Source: Eledone cirrhosa (Eukaryota). Taken from it: a stretch of DNA of 64,000 bases. The notes below the pieces were generated by a model, which worked only from the letters and a program-made list of their open reading frames with translations, did not search any database and had not been told where the DNA came from. The stretch lies in NCBI GenBank assembly GCA_964016885.1, contig OZ024741.1, positions 87,234,001-87,298,000 of the forward strand. The letters are read 5' to 3'. Positions 30,518 through 44,448 of the stretch are shown here, one piece after another (the first letter of the stretch is position 1; every line of letters starts with the position of its first letter). The position numbers were made by a program, and so were the translations under genes.

Positions 30518-30578
30518 TATATATATATATAGTGACTATAAGAAGACAGATTTGCAGCATTTTATGAAACTTTATTAC

Positions 30579-30662
30579 ATATTACAATTGTTTTGATATC
30601 GATCAGCTCGGATTTGATCAGGCGATCGGATCCTGATTCTTAATCGATAGTTCTTCAGATAT
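30579..30662 (-). ncRNA. Decayed long-stem-II hammerhead motif
   Basis: atat-CTGAAGA-ac tatcgat..atcgata tc-AAAA-caattg-TA-atat. GAAA is mutated. Confidence 0.5.
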
Positions 30663-30667
30663 CCGAG

Positions 30668-30741
<74 letters not shown>

Positions 30742-30764
30742 TATATATATATATATATTTATAT

Positions 30765-33267
30765 AGCGGCGATGAATTAGTTTTGCGAGGTTTTTTATAT
30801 GAAATCGTGTGTCGAAACAAATATTGTTATACTTGGGGAGGGTCATATTTGTGTAATATTGCCAGAATTAATAACAGAACACCCCCACTGTTTGGTTGGT
30901 TTTCGCTTCTCGCTTCTGTGTCTTTTATATCGGTAATCTAACTTACTCGGTCCTCAATGTTGCCATTGACTGACCGACGGTCGAAAATAATACAGATACA
31001 ATATAGACATAAACACATATATATAGTTTATCATAAATCTTTTGTTGCACATCTGCAACATCGTCAGTGGTGCTATATTTTCCTCCTGTTGTATTGTATG
31101 TCTACGCCATTTTTATTCAGTCTGTCTATATATTTATTTATTTATTTGCTTGTTTGTTTATTTTATTTTGTCTTCTTTGCGCATGGGTTTGCGTGTGTGT
31201 ATAGTAGTTTGTTTGCTGTGTGATGGGTGACTAGTGTGTGTTTATGTGCTTGTTGTTATTGTGCTTGTGTATGTATTTATTTATTTATTTATTTAATTTT
31301 ATTTACTTATTTATACTTCTCTTAGGTCAGTGTTGTTTGTTTGGGTGTTGTTGTTAATCCATTCATTCTTTCTGTTTAGCCTTGGTCTTCTAATTTCTAT
31401 TTCACTGGTCTCTCTGATTTGCCTATCTGCTGGGTCATTTCTATGTTTAGATATTATTCTAATTTCTATGTTGTCTATGTTACCGTCATGTTGTTGTCTA
31501 GCATGTTCGTATAGTACTGACCCGTTTTTTCGTCCTTTTAGTTCCCCCAGTGTTGGTCTATCCTTTCACCTATGCTACGAGCTGTCTCACCTATGTATGT
31601 TGTTGTCATGTTTCTGCAAGTACCCTCTGTACATCTTATGCTATAGACTACGTTTCTAGTTTTACAATTTATCCGGGGGTTCACCTTACATATGATACAT
31701 TTCCTATTGGTACAGTGGGTTTTCTTAAAAGGGTAGGTTTTGCTGATCAGGGATTTTATGGTGGTTCCTGGCTTTTCTACCACCTTTATTTTTAAGTGGG
31801 TCTTTCTCAGGGCCTTTCTACACTGGTTAGCTAATTTCCCTCCAGGGGTAGCGTCCACAAACATGACACTCTGGTATCTCTGGTTGTCGTACCATGAGGT
31901 GGCTTTCCCTATCTTATGTCTAGCCATATCTAAGCTATTCCATGATTTGCTCCTGTATAATGGGCAAATTCCTTTCATGTCCAGTTCTATGAGGGTCTTA
32001 TACTTCTCCATGGCTCCTTCGTATACTCTGACTCTGTCTCTTTGGTTGTAGCCAGAGAACTGCATGCGGTTGATGAAGTGTTGGATGTGTCTTTCCATTT
32101 CTGTTGGGTCGCACATGCGGGACACATTCTTCATCACTCGTACCAAATCTGCGATCAGAATATTAAACTTAGCACTACTGGACATTGCTGAGTTTTTGAG
32201 TATCAGGTATTTGGAGGCCATGGGTTTAGCATAGTGTGAGTGGAGAATTTGGGCTCTTTCGTCTATAGTGTTAATCCAGAGTTCTGTGTCTAATACAGGT
32301 AGTCTATTGTTAGGGTGTTTGGAAGGGAAGTCGATAGTTACAGTTATACTCTGGTGTATGGAATTAGCTATCTGCTGGATGCTTTCCATCGTGCTACGTT
32401 CTAAATCAAACTTGTTAGTGCTTTCTAGTGGGGGTGTTCTTATAACTATATTGATATCGTCTACATAACGAGAGTACATGATGAGGTCTATGGAGCTCTC
32501 ATCAAGGAGATCTTTAAGTCCCCTTTCCCACCATACCATGAAAAGGTTGGCAACATCACCAGCTATGCTGACGCCGATGGCTGCTCCCTCATTTTGGGTG
32601 TAGATCTTCTCGTTGAACTTAAATATGTGACTCTTTAGGGTAGTTTTGATACTAGCCCCTATTGCATGTGCGACCATTTTTCTTACCTGATCATTGTTTT
32701 GGGGGGTCCGTATAGCTTTGGTCCACCCAATCCACCTTCCCATGGGAGTCTTTTTTGCCATTGAGGTTATGGTGGGGGGTCTACCTCTTATAGGTCTACT
32801 AGGGCAGAAACGTCTAAGGTCATGGCTGTCTAGGTAGTCAGTGTCGTAGGTAAGTCTAAGTAGGAGGCCCGGTTTGTCTGTGTCGACGTCGCAGAACTCC
32901 ACCTCACTCTCAATGTTCATCTCCACACATCTTTTCACAGCAAAATCAATGTTAATGGATGGGTACAGTGACACCACATCCATGCTGCCTATTATGCAGT
33001 TGGATAGATTCCTGTTTTTGTTGCACTCATTAATTCTGCTGAGGAGGTCCTCTGTACTGTCACATACATCTGGGGACATTTGATTATGGGGCGTATAACC
33101 ATTGAGAGGAAGTAGGAGATCCTGTAGTTGCTAGCTATATTAGGACCGAGTAAGTTAGATTACCGATATAAAAGACACAGAAGCGAGAAGCGAAAACCAA
33201 CCAAACAGTGAGTATGTTCTGTTATTAATTCTGGCAATATTACACAAATATGACCCTCCCCAAATAT

Positions 33268-33273
<6 letters not shown>
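30765..33273 (-). mobile_element. Second PLE of the 18362-22395 lineage, 5'-truncated with an inverted terminal copy
   Basis: 33142-33273 is the reverse complement of 30821-30953. Decayed HHR at about 31031-31070. Flanked by TA-rich microsatellite. Confidence 0.92.
31325..33141 (-). pseudogene. PLE RT + GIY-YIG ORF (513-aa open stretch 31538-33079, frameshifted at both ends)
   Basis: GSMDVVSLYPSI, QNEGAAIG, YSRYVDD, YIGETARSIGERIDQH. Clearly homologous to 19666-21959. Confidence 0.92.
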
Positions 33274-33340
<67 letters not shown>

Positions 33341-33572
33341 TAAGCATGTTTTAAAACAGCGAGCGAGTTTGAAATTAGAAATAGAAGCTTTTGCCGTATC
33401 TTTTGACTAAAGGAATTTTAACCTGATAGTGGGATTTAAAACCCTCCAAGAACTGGAAAAAGATGAGTATTTTTTAGAGGGTTCTAAACTCCACTGTCAG
33501 GCTAACATTTCTTTAGTAAATATATATATATATTTTACACATTTCACAATGCTTCAAGCAAACTTTAACATC

Positions 33573-33629
<57 letters not shown>

Positions 33630-34140
33630 ATAATAATAAATTTGAAGACTAAAATACAAAGAAGATCCCGTTAAGGGTGAAAGCAGCGATTCTTTGCTTA
33701 AACTTTAATATGTTATTTTAAAATATATATATATACATATATAATTACATTATGCTTTCCTTTGATAAATTCTGATAATTCCAATTTTTTCGTTCACCTA
33801 ATTAATTAAGTAATAAATTATGTATCTGCTTAAAATTTGGATGAAACGTGTATTAATTTATTAAAATGTAATATTATTAACCGATTTTATGTATTATTGT
33901 AATATTTTCTCTATGGACTGGTACTTTTCTTCATCGACTTTGAAAGGATGAATGGCAAAATTGACTAAGTGTGATTTGAACGAATCCCACATCAGTTGGC
34001 CGACATACTCATTCTACTAATTTACAACCTAATATATACTTGAACTACAGTAAAGATATCAACGATTCATTCATTCATTATTCGTTCAATCGTCCTGAAA
34101 TTCAAAACCCCGTTAAACCAGGAAGAGATATATATATATA

Positions 34141-34220
34141 CAGATATATACAGATATATACAGATATATACAGATATATACAGATATATACAGATATATA
34201 CAGATATATACAGATATATA
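34141..34220. repeat. 10-bp minisatellite (cagatatata)x8
   Basis: Direct reading. Confidence 0.95.
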
Positions 34221-34451
34221 CAGATATATACAGATATACAAAAAGAGGAGATGCTGACGGCTGAAACATCTTTCCTAATCATTCTGCTCGATAAACGTTG
34301 ACCTAAGATTAATTATCAGCAGCAATAACAATAACGATTGTTTTAAAATCACTTGGAATGTCTGTTTTTACCACTTTTAGGTGGATGATGCCCCATGGCA
34401 ATAGTATGTACTTGGTGTTTTACATTTCTTTTAATTGAATAAAAACATGAA

Positions 34452-34457
34452 TCATCG

Positions 34458-34499
<42 letters not shown>

Positions 34500-34528
34500 C
34501 CATCGTTATCAACGTCGTCGTCGTCATT

Positions 34529-34616
<88 letters not shown>

Positions 34617-34672
34617 ACAACATCATCATCGTTATCAACGTCGTCGTCATCATCTTTATCATCACCATAATC
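34452..34672. repeat. Compound (CAT)n/(CGT)n trinucleotide repeat
   Basis: Direct reading. Confidence 0.95.
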
Positions 34673-34707
34673 ATAAGCTATTCATCGATAGTCGATGATT
34701 ACTCTAC

Positions 34708-35160
34708 GTACAACTCGTGTTATCAAAAGAGGACCGACGGCTTCGATAGAAGTGCTTTGAGGACCATCGAGAACATCAGATGGTACCACCACGTTTCTAT
34801 CAAAGACTTGCGAGCGCGCACGCATGAGCCCACAGCCTCACTCCTCATAGCCATCCGCCGCATACGCTGGTACAGACAGGTCATCCGCCTATCGCCAGAT
34901 CAACCTAACAAGGCCTTACTCTCGTTTAACGCAGCAGCTACAGGCTGGTAGAGGCCCCACGGCAGACCCGGCATTAGATGGCTGGATGTTATCAATGAAG
35001 ATCTCCAGAGGCTCGACGTCACCTTGGAAGATGCAGAAAGGCTGGCACGGGACCGCCAGCGATTGAGTACACTGGGGGACTTGGTCGGCTCTACGAATTA
35101 TGATGTCTCTGAGATCACTGACCTAGGATGATCCCAGTTTCATCGAGCAATAGCAAGAAG
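34708..35160 (+). mobile_element. 3' fragment of an RTE-like LINE
   Basis: KCLRTIENIRWYHHVS..RRIRWY..RPHGRPGIRWLDVINEDL..ARDR. Confidence 0.75.
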
Positions 35161-38100
35161 ATTGCTCCGGTCAACATATTTTCCGTTCAACCTTTACGCG
35201 CTCAAAATTAGCAACCAAATTTTCCTCAAATTATATAGTCACGACTTAAACAAAGTAATGAGACATTGAATAATGTAGTCATATACACTCCTAAAATATG
35301 AGGATGGTCGTGGCTGGAATACTTCTGCTAAAACACCTCTCAGATCAACCAGAGCAAGGTTTAACCAACAACATTGTATTTCGGGAGTTACAACACAGAA
35401 GTCTTCTAATACTTTTGCAGTGTCTTTGTCTGTTCCATTTGAAATGCTAAAATTCTTTATTTATTGTCTCTCCACCTAGTTTCTCTCAATTTCTCCTCCC
35501 GCTGTCTCCATCTTCTTTCTCTAACCCCATTTCCTTTCTCTAAACTCCTTTTCTTTCTCTTTTCCCAGTCTCTCTCATCTAACTACATTTTTCTCTGTCC
35601 CCACTCTTTCTTCACCTCCTTTATGTCTCTTTCTTTTCTATTCTTCACTTCATTCTCTCTTTCCCCTTTTTTGTAAGTCCCTCTCTATTTACGTCTTTTT
35701 TCTCTTACTCTTTATTTTTATTACTTCTATCTCTTTAACTTTATATTTTTCTTCTCTCTACTCCTCTCTTCTTCATGCCTGATTCTTTCTCTATATCACT
35801 TCCTTATTATATTTTAATGGTCTGAGATGTTTTGATATTTTTGTGATATATTTTCAAAGTAAGGGAAGCTTCCATTCGCTTTTGTTGGCTGCTTCACTGG
35901 TCTCTTTGAAAGGCTTTGTAGTAATTGGTTTTACATAGGTTATAAATATCAGGATTGGTTTGACGCTAATGAGATTCGTCCAATCTATTTATTATCTTCG
36001 ACGGATTCTAACCAGTGTAGTTACTAAGTTTAGATTTGACTTTATCAGTTGCTGCTAGGTGTTTTAAGATGCAATTCGAAAGTACATTTCAACCATAGAA
36101 ATAATTTCGTCTTCGTTGAAAGTCCACCTATCATTGTCACACCTTAATTATGAGATTGCATAGGAGAGCTTCTAAGTGGCTAGGCGATATAACAGAATTA
36201 AAATAACGGGTGCAAGCGTGGCGTGTGGTAGAAGAACTTCACTTCGGAACTGTATAGTTTTAAGTTCAATTTCATTGTGCAACACCTTGAGTAAATTTCT
36301 TCTGTCATAGCTTCACGTGAGCCAAAACTTGGAGGGAAATTTAGTTGACAAAAACTGCCAGGAAGCCCACCGAAGAAATTGCTTTGGCTCTTCGATGACA
36401 TACTTAACTTATCGGGCAGTTTAACACCGCCACTTGGTCCTTAGATGTTTGAGCAGAATCCATTCTACAGTAAGCATTCGGACAACATCTCCGGTATGAG
36501 TATAAATTCATCCTTATTTCTATCTGTCCTATCGACCTGTTTAGCACCATCACCTGGTTCTTAGATGTATTTAACAACGTTCACTTTGTTGCAAGAATTC
36601 GGATTCCATCAGTATAAGGACAACTTCGTCCTTTCCTTCCACTAGTTTCGAAGAACATGAAAAGGATTATAGGCACTGCACTTTATCCTCTTATTAAATC
36701 ATTAAAAAATAACACCGTGTTTGTCTTGCAAAAATAGCTTTTCTGTTTACTATTTTAGTTAGGACCTTCAAGAGATATGGGAGAGAGCTAGGAAGTTATC
36801 TTCAGATCGGAGACTTAGCCTAAATGCTCTTGACTGAATAGAGTCCTCTAAAGGCCCCACAAAGACTAGGTTGGGTGTTAAATTGGGTGACAAATTACGT
36901 CTACTTAACCAAGTATACCCCAACAGGATTTCAACTGAAGGCGTAAACAACCAGAATTAATACCACAGGACATCTCGTCCGATGCTCTAACAATTCCACC
37001 AATTTAGCGTCCTGAACTGCTACCTTATTCGTTACAATTCCAACAACAACAACGACGACGACAACAACAACACCAGCAGCAGCAGCAATGAGTTGAAAAA
37101 GAAAATCGATGGAATTAAGAAAATATTTAAATTTAAATTTAAAGATGCGCAACCTCATGAAATACTTTACAACGATACAATGTAAGGTCAAACAACAGAC
37201 TTTCTAAGAACCAAACAAGATAAATAGTATTTTAGGTTAATTCATTCCTTTTTCTACACATACACACATGTATTGAAGTTCATACATCATTTCTCTTTAA
37301 TCAATAAACTGTCATAATTATACACCTGCCACACATCATATTCAAATAGTGATTTACAAAAACAAACGAAAACAGTTCTCTCCAGACCAATTAAGGCTGA
37401 TTTAAGAATCAATTAAAATGGAGCATTATCTATAATAAACATGCGAAATGATGTTATATCTATTATAAAACTAAAAGAATGCTCGGCGTTGATCCAGGTG
37501 TTTTATTAGTTGAATGAAAACTATGGTAATTCTGCATGAATTCATTGTAGAGACATTGTTTATATTATATTTTTTCTTTTAGAGATAACAGAATTTTGTT
37601 TTACTTCTTAAAATTCACTTGCATTTTAATAACTTATTATAAGAGCAAATAACACACATTCCTTTTCAAGCATAATGTGTATAAAGACAATATTAGCCTG
37701 AATTGTTTTCGTTATTGGTACGTACATTATTTGTTATTGGTGCGTTAATTTACTTTCAGATTTTTATGCTTGTTTCGGGTTCAGTGCAAACGAAAGAAAA
37801 TACTTTCGTTAACACAAATTACGAAGTATGATTTCACTTTGTGTTAATGAATAGTTTTAACGACAAAGATGATAAAATGCACATTACAGAACACATTTCA
37901 ATCTGTTAATTAATGATTTAAATATAATATGAATTAAAATAATGATACAAAACACATTCATGTTTTTATATGAATTATATTTTACAATAATGTCTTATCG
38001 ACGAAATGAGATTAAAGAAAATATACTTGTGCATTCGTCAAGAAACAATCCATCTGAGGTTCATTTGGCAATCAATCATGTCTCCTCGATGTTTTAGTGT

Positions 38101-39224
38101 GAATCTCAGCATTTTCCGAATTAACAAGATTCGTTAAAGGTAAAATAATGAATCCGAAACTAAATTTTTATACAGAATCGGAAACTAAAGTACTGTAACG
38201 TACGGAATCTGTACTCAAATCATAAACCAATAATGAAATAATACTCATTACCCAATGTATCCTTTTTAAAAGGCGGCAGGTAGTACGATTTGTATGAGAT
38301 TTTATTGCGGATATTTCACCCTTAAATTAACGGCCAAGAAACATATGTATGGAAGGGTATCAGAGATATAATTGGAATTGTAAATATTTTTGATTCTAAA
38401 AACTTTCATTGTAAAATACTTCAATTTTATCGAATACACATTTATTATCAAATATTTTCGTTCTTTCAATATGAACGAATATACTGAAGACGGTGAATAT
38501 CTTTGAAGTAGCATGACACACCAGCAACTTTAGCAATGTACATTTTATTCAATACAAATTAGTTTTGCATCATAAACGCTCAAGCTGTAATGTGAGACTA
38601 AGAGAAACGACAAGGGAGAAGGCTGGAAGTATTCAAAATCTAATTATACAATATTTTACTAATGAAAATATTTAAAGAACAGAACATTGTTTTTAATTTC
38701 ATCTTCACAGTTCCATAATGAAAATATTCACAATCTCGATTATATCACTGATATCTTTTCGTAATTATTTTTCCGCGTGATTCCGCTTGTTGTTACATGT
38801 GTGTTTCATATTATGTATGTCTTGTGGACATGACTATGTATTGTTTGAATGTAAATTTGTGCATGTTTGTTGTAGTATGTTTTGAATACTTGTTTACATT
38901 TGATTAGATGTGTGTGTTAGCATGTGACGTCTTTGGTTTGTATGTCTGTCTGTTTACGTCTGAGGTTGTGTGTTCGGACATACGTGTGTTTCCTCACACT
39001 GTCCTTTTCTTTATAGCGTCCCGTTGATGGCTACACATTGGTTTGTATAAATATATATCCTTTCCCTTTTACGGTTCCAATTCCAAAAATGTGGTGGAAG
39101 TTATTTGAGGTAAAAGAATGATGTTTAACAGGAAATTAATGAACCGCTTTCGCTAATTTTCAGAAACAGAAAAACGGAAATATACATATTTAATTAATAT
39201 TTTAAAGATGGTTAGGGTGATGGA

Positions 39225-39430
39225 TTAGAATAATTGGTAGACCGTCGAAAAATGCCATTGCATTATTTATTCTGGCTCTCTACATTTTGAGTTCAAATTC
39301 CGCCGAGGTTAGCATTGCCTTTCATCCTTCCGAGATCAATAAAATAAAGTACCAGTCAATTACTGGAGGGTGTTTTTATCAACTCTGCCCTTTCCCATTT
39401 TTTTTCTGGTTTTCAACCTAAATTAGGAGT
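39225..39430 (+). mobile_element. tRNA-derived SINE
   Basis: gagttcaaattccgccgagg..gcctttcatccttccgagatcaataaaataaagtaccagt. Confidence 0.75.
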
Positions 39431-39709
39431 TCATATTATTTGGGTTTGTTATAGTCTGCATTTATGTGCAGCTGTTGGCATGAAGAGCCAGGTTAGCAGC
39501 AAAGTCAAATCTATCATTTTAATCTTTCCCCATTTTAAGCCATGTCCACAAGTATTTCAGAATGTATCCCAAGATTATCAAGAAAAAGAATGGGGATAGG
39601 ATGTATCTCTATTGTACTCCTGGTAGGAGTGAAAAGAACTCAGTAAATCTTGATTATGTTTTTACACAACAACTTGAGTTTTTTCTTGGCAGAGCTGTTC
39701 TGCTAGAGA

Positions 39710-40000
39710 ATGGGTTGCAGGTGGCGGATAGCGATACGACCACCAAATATGATGGCTAGTTGCGATATAAGAAGGCAACTGCCGGACGAATAAGCATCCG
39801 CTAACCAACGGCTGTAAACTACTAGGGGAGATGGAGCAATGGGTGACACCTGTAGCTCCCGAGAAAACTCTCACAACCCAGTGACGTAGCTACGAGGAGG
39901 CGAGTAAAGGCCGCCTCTAAAAAAGCCTAGTCTTTGCGTGCTTGACAAAATACCAGATTGGTGGCTGGCGTAAATAAGACCACTGAAACTGAAACTGAAA
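39710..40000 (+). mobile_element. Probable RTE-type 5' UTR fragment
   Basis: caggtggcggatagcgatacgaccaccaaatatgatggctagttgcgatat resembles, from memory, the conserved RTE 5' UTR. Lies next to RTE RT sequence. Confidence 0.4.
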
Positions 40001-40094
40001 TATGACGAGGAAAACAAAACAGAGCCATACCGCCTCATCCTTCGCGCGGGTTAAAAAGGGACGCGTTCAGGCCTTAGGTAGAGGAGCCTGTTCG

Positions 40095-41250
40095 AAAAAT
40101 ATATTGCAGTCTCCATTTCATGTTGAAAAAACTAGCGATGGGTAGTTAAGTAACACCATGTCGTCTGCAAATTCCAGCCGATTGATTTTACACCCGCCAA
40201 TCATGATACTACTTCCAACCCGGCTGTGCATGTTAATCCTGTTCATGTAAATAATCTACATGACAGGTGACAGTATGCATCTTTGGTGGAGTCTGATTCC
40301 CACATTGAATGGTTTCGATTTAGCACCATTTATCCGAACATAAATACTCGGGCATTTGTATAGGGACAACAGGGCAGCAAGAAGCTGTCCCTCATCCCAT
40401 ACTCATGCAGAACCTTTCACAGCAGGTAGCGAGGAAATTTGTCATATGCCTTTTCAAGGATGACAATACCAGAGTATAATTCTTGGCAATACTCCCACGA
40501 TTTCTTGAAGACCTCCCGCAGAGTGAATATTTGGTCGGCTGTGCTTCGTTCGGGGCGCAAACCACACTGTTAATCAGCTAACTTGGACTCGACAATCTCC
40601 CTACATCTCTTTGCCAGACACTTAGCATAGAGTTTACTGGGGAGGCTTAAAAAAGAGGTCCACTGAAACAGGTAAAGAGTTTAAGTATTTCGTGGCCGTG
40701 TTCACGAGTGATGGAAGGCAGGAGGCTGAATTAAGTACAAGAATTGCAGAAGTTCATGCAGTAATACGCCAGCTTCAGTATTCAGTAATCAGAAGAAGGG
40801 AGGTATGCGTAAAAGCCAAACTCATTGTCGGTATTCATACCAACCCTTACCTATGGTCATGAATCTTGGGTAATGACCGAAAGAATACGATTGCGAATAC
40901 ACGCAGCCAAAATGGTGTTCCCCCGAAGGGTCTTTGGAGTGACGTTACTAGAGAGAGTGCATAGATCGGAGATCAGAGAGTCACTCTAGGTAGAGTCGCT
41001 ACTTTTCCGAATTGAGAGATCATAGCTCCGATACTATGGGCGTGTGGTTAGAATGTTTCAGGAAAGAATTGTTGGACAGATTTTACGGGCAAAACCAGCC
41101 AGCAGAAGATCCAGAAGTAGACCCCTTGGTCTCCCTTGGGATCCAACCGGATTAGTTGGAGACGGTTGCTTATGGCAGGACCCGCTCAAGAAGAAGAAGA
41201 AGAAGAAGAAGAAGAAGAAGAAGAAGAAGAAGAAGAAGAAGAAGAAGAGA
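40095..41250. mobile_element. RTE-clade LINE with an inverted 5' segment and (AAG)n tail
   Basis: Minus 40095-40650 reads LSLPSKLYAK..DQIFTLR..LEKAYD..LEFADD. Plus 40660-41130 reads FKYF..PTLTYGHESW..LRYYGRVVRM. (AAG)n at 41188-41248. Confidence 0.85.
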
Positions 41251-42624
41251 TAAACAATTAGCTTTTGAACTTGAAAAACTGTTTACAAAATACAAAAGAG
41301 AAGCAATACATGTCACAACGTTTCAACTGATAACAATAAGTGGTACCCTTAATTCTCCTGTGTCCCGTAAATGTTTATAAAACGAAGAAGCATCTAAGCT
41401 GTAGCCCGATCTGCTAAATTAGCAGCCAAATCTCCGTCAAATCACACCCCACAAAGTTAAATAAAGAAAGCATTGAGTAATGAAGTACCTTATATACCTA
41501 CAAAAAGATGGGATGTTTATGACTGGAATGACTTTAATTAAACGAGTGCTCAATATGTGTTGATCTGGGTTAAACCATGGCTATAAAATAATTATTAAAA
41601 ATGAATTCCTTAACATATGGTGTTTTGAAATATTACTTTTGTTTGGTGTTTATAATTTGTGTTGGATATTTTCTTCTCGGAATTTTTGTTGCATTACACA
41701 AATGGAATCACTTGAAAATATGTTCATTTCATTAAAGTTAACTTAAAAAGTTGTGGGGCACTGATCTAATTTAATGAATTGTTAATTTGTTTTCTCACTG
41801 AAAGTAGAATCAGCTGAAATAAGGATATTGTTTTGAATGTAATGTGAAGCTATTAACATCTCAATTTAAAATGAAAATATATTCTAACCATAAAAATACA
41901 CAAATAAAACAAAACAGAATTATACCTTTTTTTTATATATTTTAATGCAAAATAAAATATATTGAGAAATTTATTTTATTTTTTAATAGCTTTCTCTACG
42001 TCATTTATGTAATTTCTTTAACATTTTCAGACACATTTTTTTAAATTTCAACAATAAAATGTTTATTTAATGTATATAGAATACAGCAAGAGCCATTTGT
42101 GTTTCCATATACAACATTAATTTTTACTTCAATGTAATTCCACCGCCTGTTTACTTTCTGTTAATTATTTCACTAGGTTTAGTTTCAGCATTGGGATACG
42201 CTAAAGATCAATATGGTTTAACTCATTCTTTTATTGTTTCACTGAGAAAATATGGACAACTGAATTTACCACCACCAACACTGCCACCCCCACCACCTCC
42301 GCCGTCATTCACGTCACCACCGCCACCTCTGCCTTTGCCGCCGCCTCCTCCATCACCAGCAGCGCTACCCGCCGTCTTCATTCTCAGCCATTGTCTGCCC
42401 ACTACAAGGCCTCTCCAAGCCCGTGCGACAATGGCAGAGTTCCGACATGAAGGGATTTAGTTGTTCATATCAACCCCAAAGAGTTATTTTATCGATTTGA
42501 TTTTGTCGAACCACTAGGTTATGGGGCATAAACAAACAATAAACGTAAATACAGAAACACGCTGCGAATATTATATTTAAGGTAAATTTAATACAGATAT
42601 AACCATAGTTGCTGAATCGGAAGC

Positions 42625-42850
42625 CTCATAGCTTAGTCATTAGAGATTTGGATTCGCAATCGTGAGGTTGTAAGTTCAATTATCAGACAGAGTAATGCGT
42701 TGTGTCCTTGAGTAAGACACTTTATTACACGTTGCTCCTCCTGCCAGGAGTTGCGACCGGTAGATAGTATCAGTAATACATTGTTTCCTTGGTCCAATTT
42801 GACAAGGTCCACCCCACTCAGCAAGCCAATGAGTTCAGGGATATGTCGAT
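42625..42850 (+). mobile_element. tRNA-derived SINE (V/CORE-like central box)
   Basis: B-box-like aagttcaatt and gtgtccttgagtaagacact. Confidence 0.55.
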
Positions 42851-43032
42851 CGATCAGCGCGAGCGACACACACACACGCACACACACACACACATATATA
42901 TATATATGTGTGTGTATGTGTGTGCGTGCACACATATATATACATACATATACATATGATCGACTAAAATCCCTCCCAGGTGGTGTCCCAGCATGGTCAT
43001 AGTCTTATGACTGAAAATAGTAAAAGAAATGA

Positions 43033-43075
<43 letters not shown>

Positions 43076-43178
43076 TGTATATATATATACGAGTAAATCA
43101 GACAAAGTTGGAATTCCTTTTATTAATATAATCTTCTATACACAATCATACACACCCGTGCATATTTATCTATCTATA

Positions 43179-43220
<42 letters not shown>

Positions 43221-43478
43221 AAAGAATAGAGGTGTAACACACAAGTTATTATATATTGGTAAACGGAATAGAAAATGCTGACAAATTGTTCACAGTTGAA
43301 AAATGGTTTAATTAGGAATAAAAGAGTATTAGTGATTGTATGGGTTAGTATTCAGTTGTGGTTTTAAGTTTTTAAGTTTTTACCGGTTGCGCATTTCTAA
43401 ATGCTTTTCAAAAATAATTTTGAAATAGAGTGTCCGTGTTGTTTGCTCTGATCTGATTAGTTTTGGGAATTCTACCTG

Positions 43479-43720
43479 TTTTTATGTTAAAAAAGTGGCT
43501 CCAGCGTTACTTTGGTGTTGCAAAAATTCTTGTGGTCAAAACAATTTTGATTGGTCGGTAGAGGTCATGTGAATGTAAAAAATTGATTTTGCGCCAAGAC
43601 TGTTTTTATGTTAAAAAATGGGCTCCAGCGCTACTTGGTGTTTGCAAAAATTCTTGTGGTCAAAACAATTTTGATTGGTCGGTAGAGGTCATGTGAATAA
43701 AAAATTGGTTTTGCGCCAAG
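43479..43720. repeat. About 121-bp tandem duplication inside a TA-flanked decayed insert
   Basis: tttttatgttaaaaaa..ggctccagcg..gcgccaaga occurs twice. Confidence 0.85.
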
Positions 43721-43763
43721 ATTGAGAGATGACTCTTTCACAACAAATATGGAATTACTTTTA

Positions 43764-43815
<52 letters not shown>

Positions 43816-43988
43816 CTGAACAAAAAAGAAAAACGAACACAGACATTTACATATATGTGTTCAAATCGTAATGGACCAGAATGGCTAAGGTGAAAAAATA
43901 CTAACTACAGACAATATGGTTTGCCAGACTCAATTTAAGAATAAATCAAGAAAAATAAATACAAACCATAATTGTGGTAACAACCCAA

Positions 43989-44070
43989 CACCCGGACAGT
44001 TTTGATAAAAACTGTTTCGCAATATTATTTGTGAAAAGGATTACAAAAGTCCTAAGCTCATCAGTGGGTG
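43989..44070 (-). ncRNA. Type I hammerhead ribozyme with a full stem III
   Basis: Reverse complement of 44367-44448. Confidence 0.8.
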
Positions 44071-44366
44071 AAGAAATTAGTAACCTTATCACTTCTAAAT
44101 CTAATTAGAAACTGGATAGTGTGTGTATATGTGACGCACATGGTTCCCGAACTTAGCGTGTCTTGCACACTCTCGTCACTAAAAATACCAGCCAAGTTTA
44201 CTCGACAATTGAATTAGCTCGACGAATTAACGGAGCCGAATATATCAAGGCATGTATTGAGTTAGAAACTCAAAATAGTCTCATTACAGTAAATTAGCTT
44301 TAAGAAAAAAGCTTTTCCGAGCCGTATATTATAACTGAACAAAAAAGAAAAACGAACTAATTTCTT

Positions 44367-44448
44367 CACCCACTGATGAGCTTAGGACTTTGGTAATCCT
44401 TTTCACAAATAATATTGCGAAACAGTTTTTATCAAAACTGTCCGGGTG
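44367..44448 (+). ncRNA. Type I hammerhead ribozyme with a full stem III
   Basis: caccca-CTGATGA-gc..gc-GAAA-cagtttt tatc aaaactg-TC-cgggtg. GUC cleavage site. Confidence 0.8.

Noticed and set aside
30968-30995. HHR at gacc gac ggtc gaaa
   Set aside because: There is no complete CUGANGA box and no pairing stem I.
34420-34698. Poly-His/Arg or poly-Met/Thr protein
   Set aside because: It is a compound trinucleotide repeat with no splice or homology support.
42191-42460. Proline-rich exon
   Set aside because: Degenerate (CCA/CCG)n repeat abutting SINE fragments. A similar tract lies at 48750-48990.
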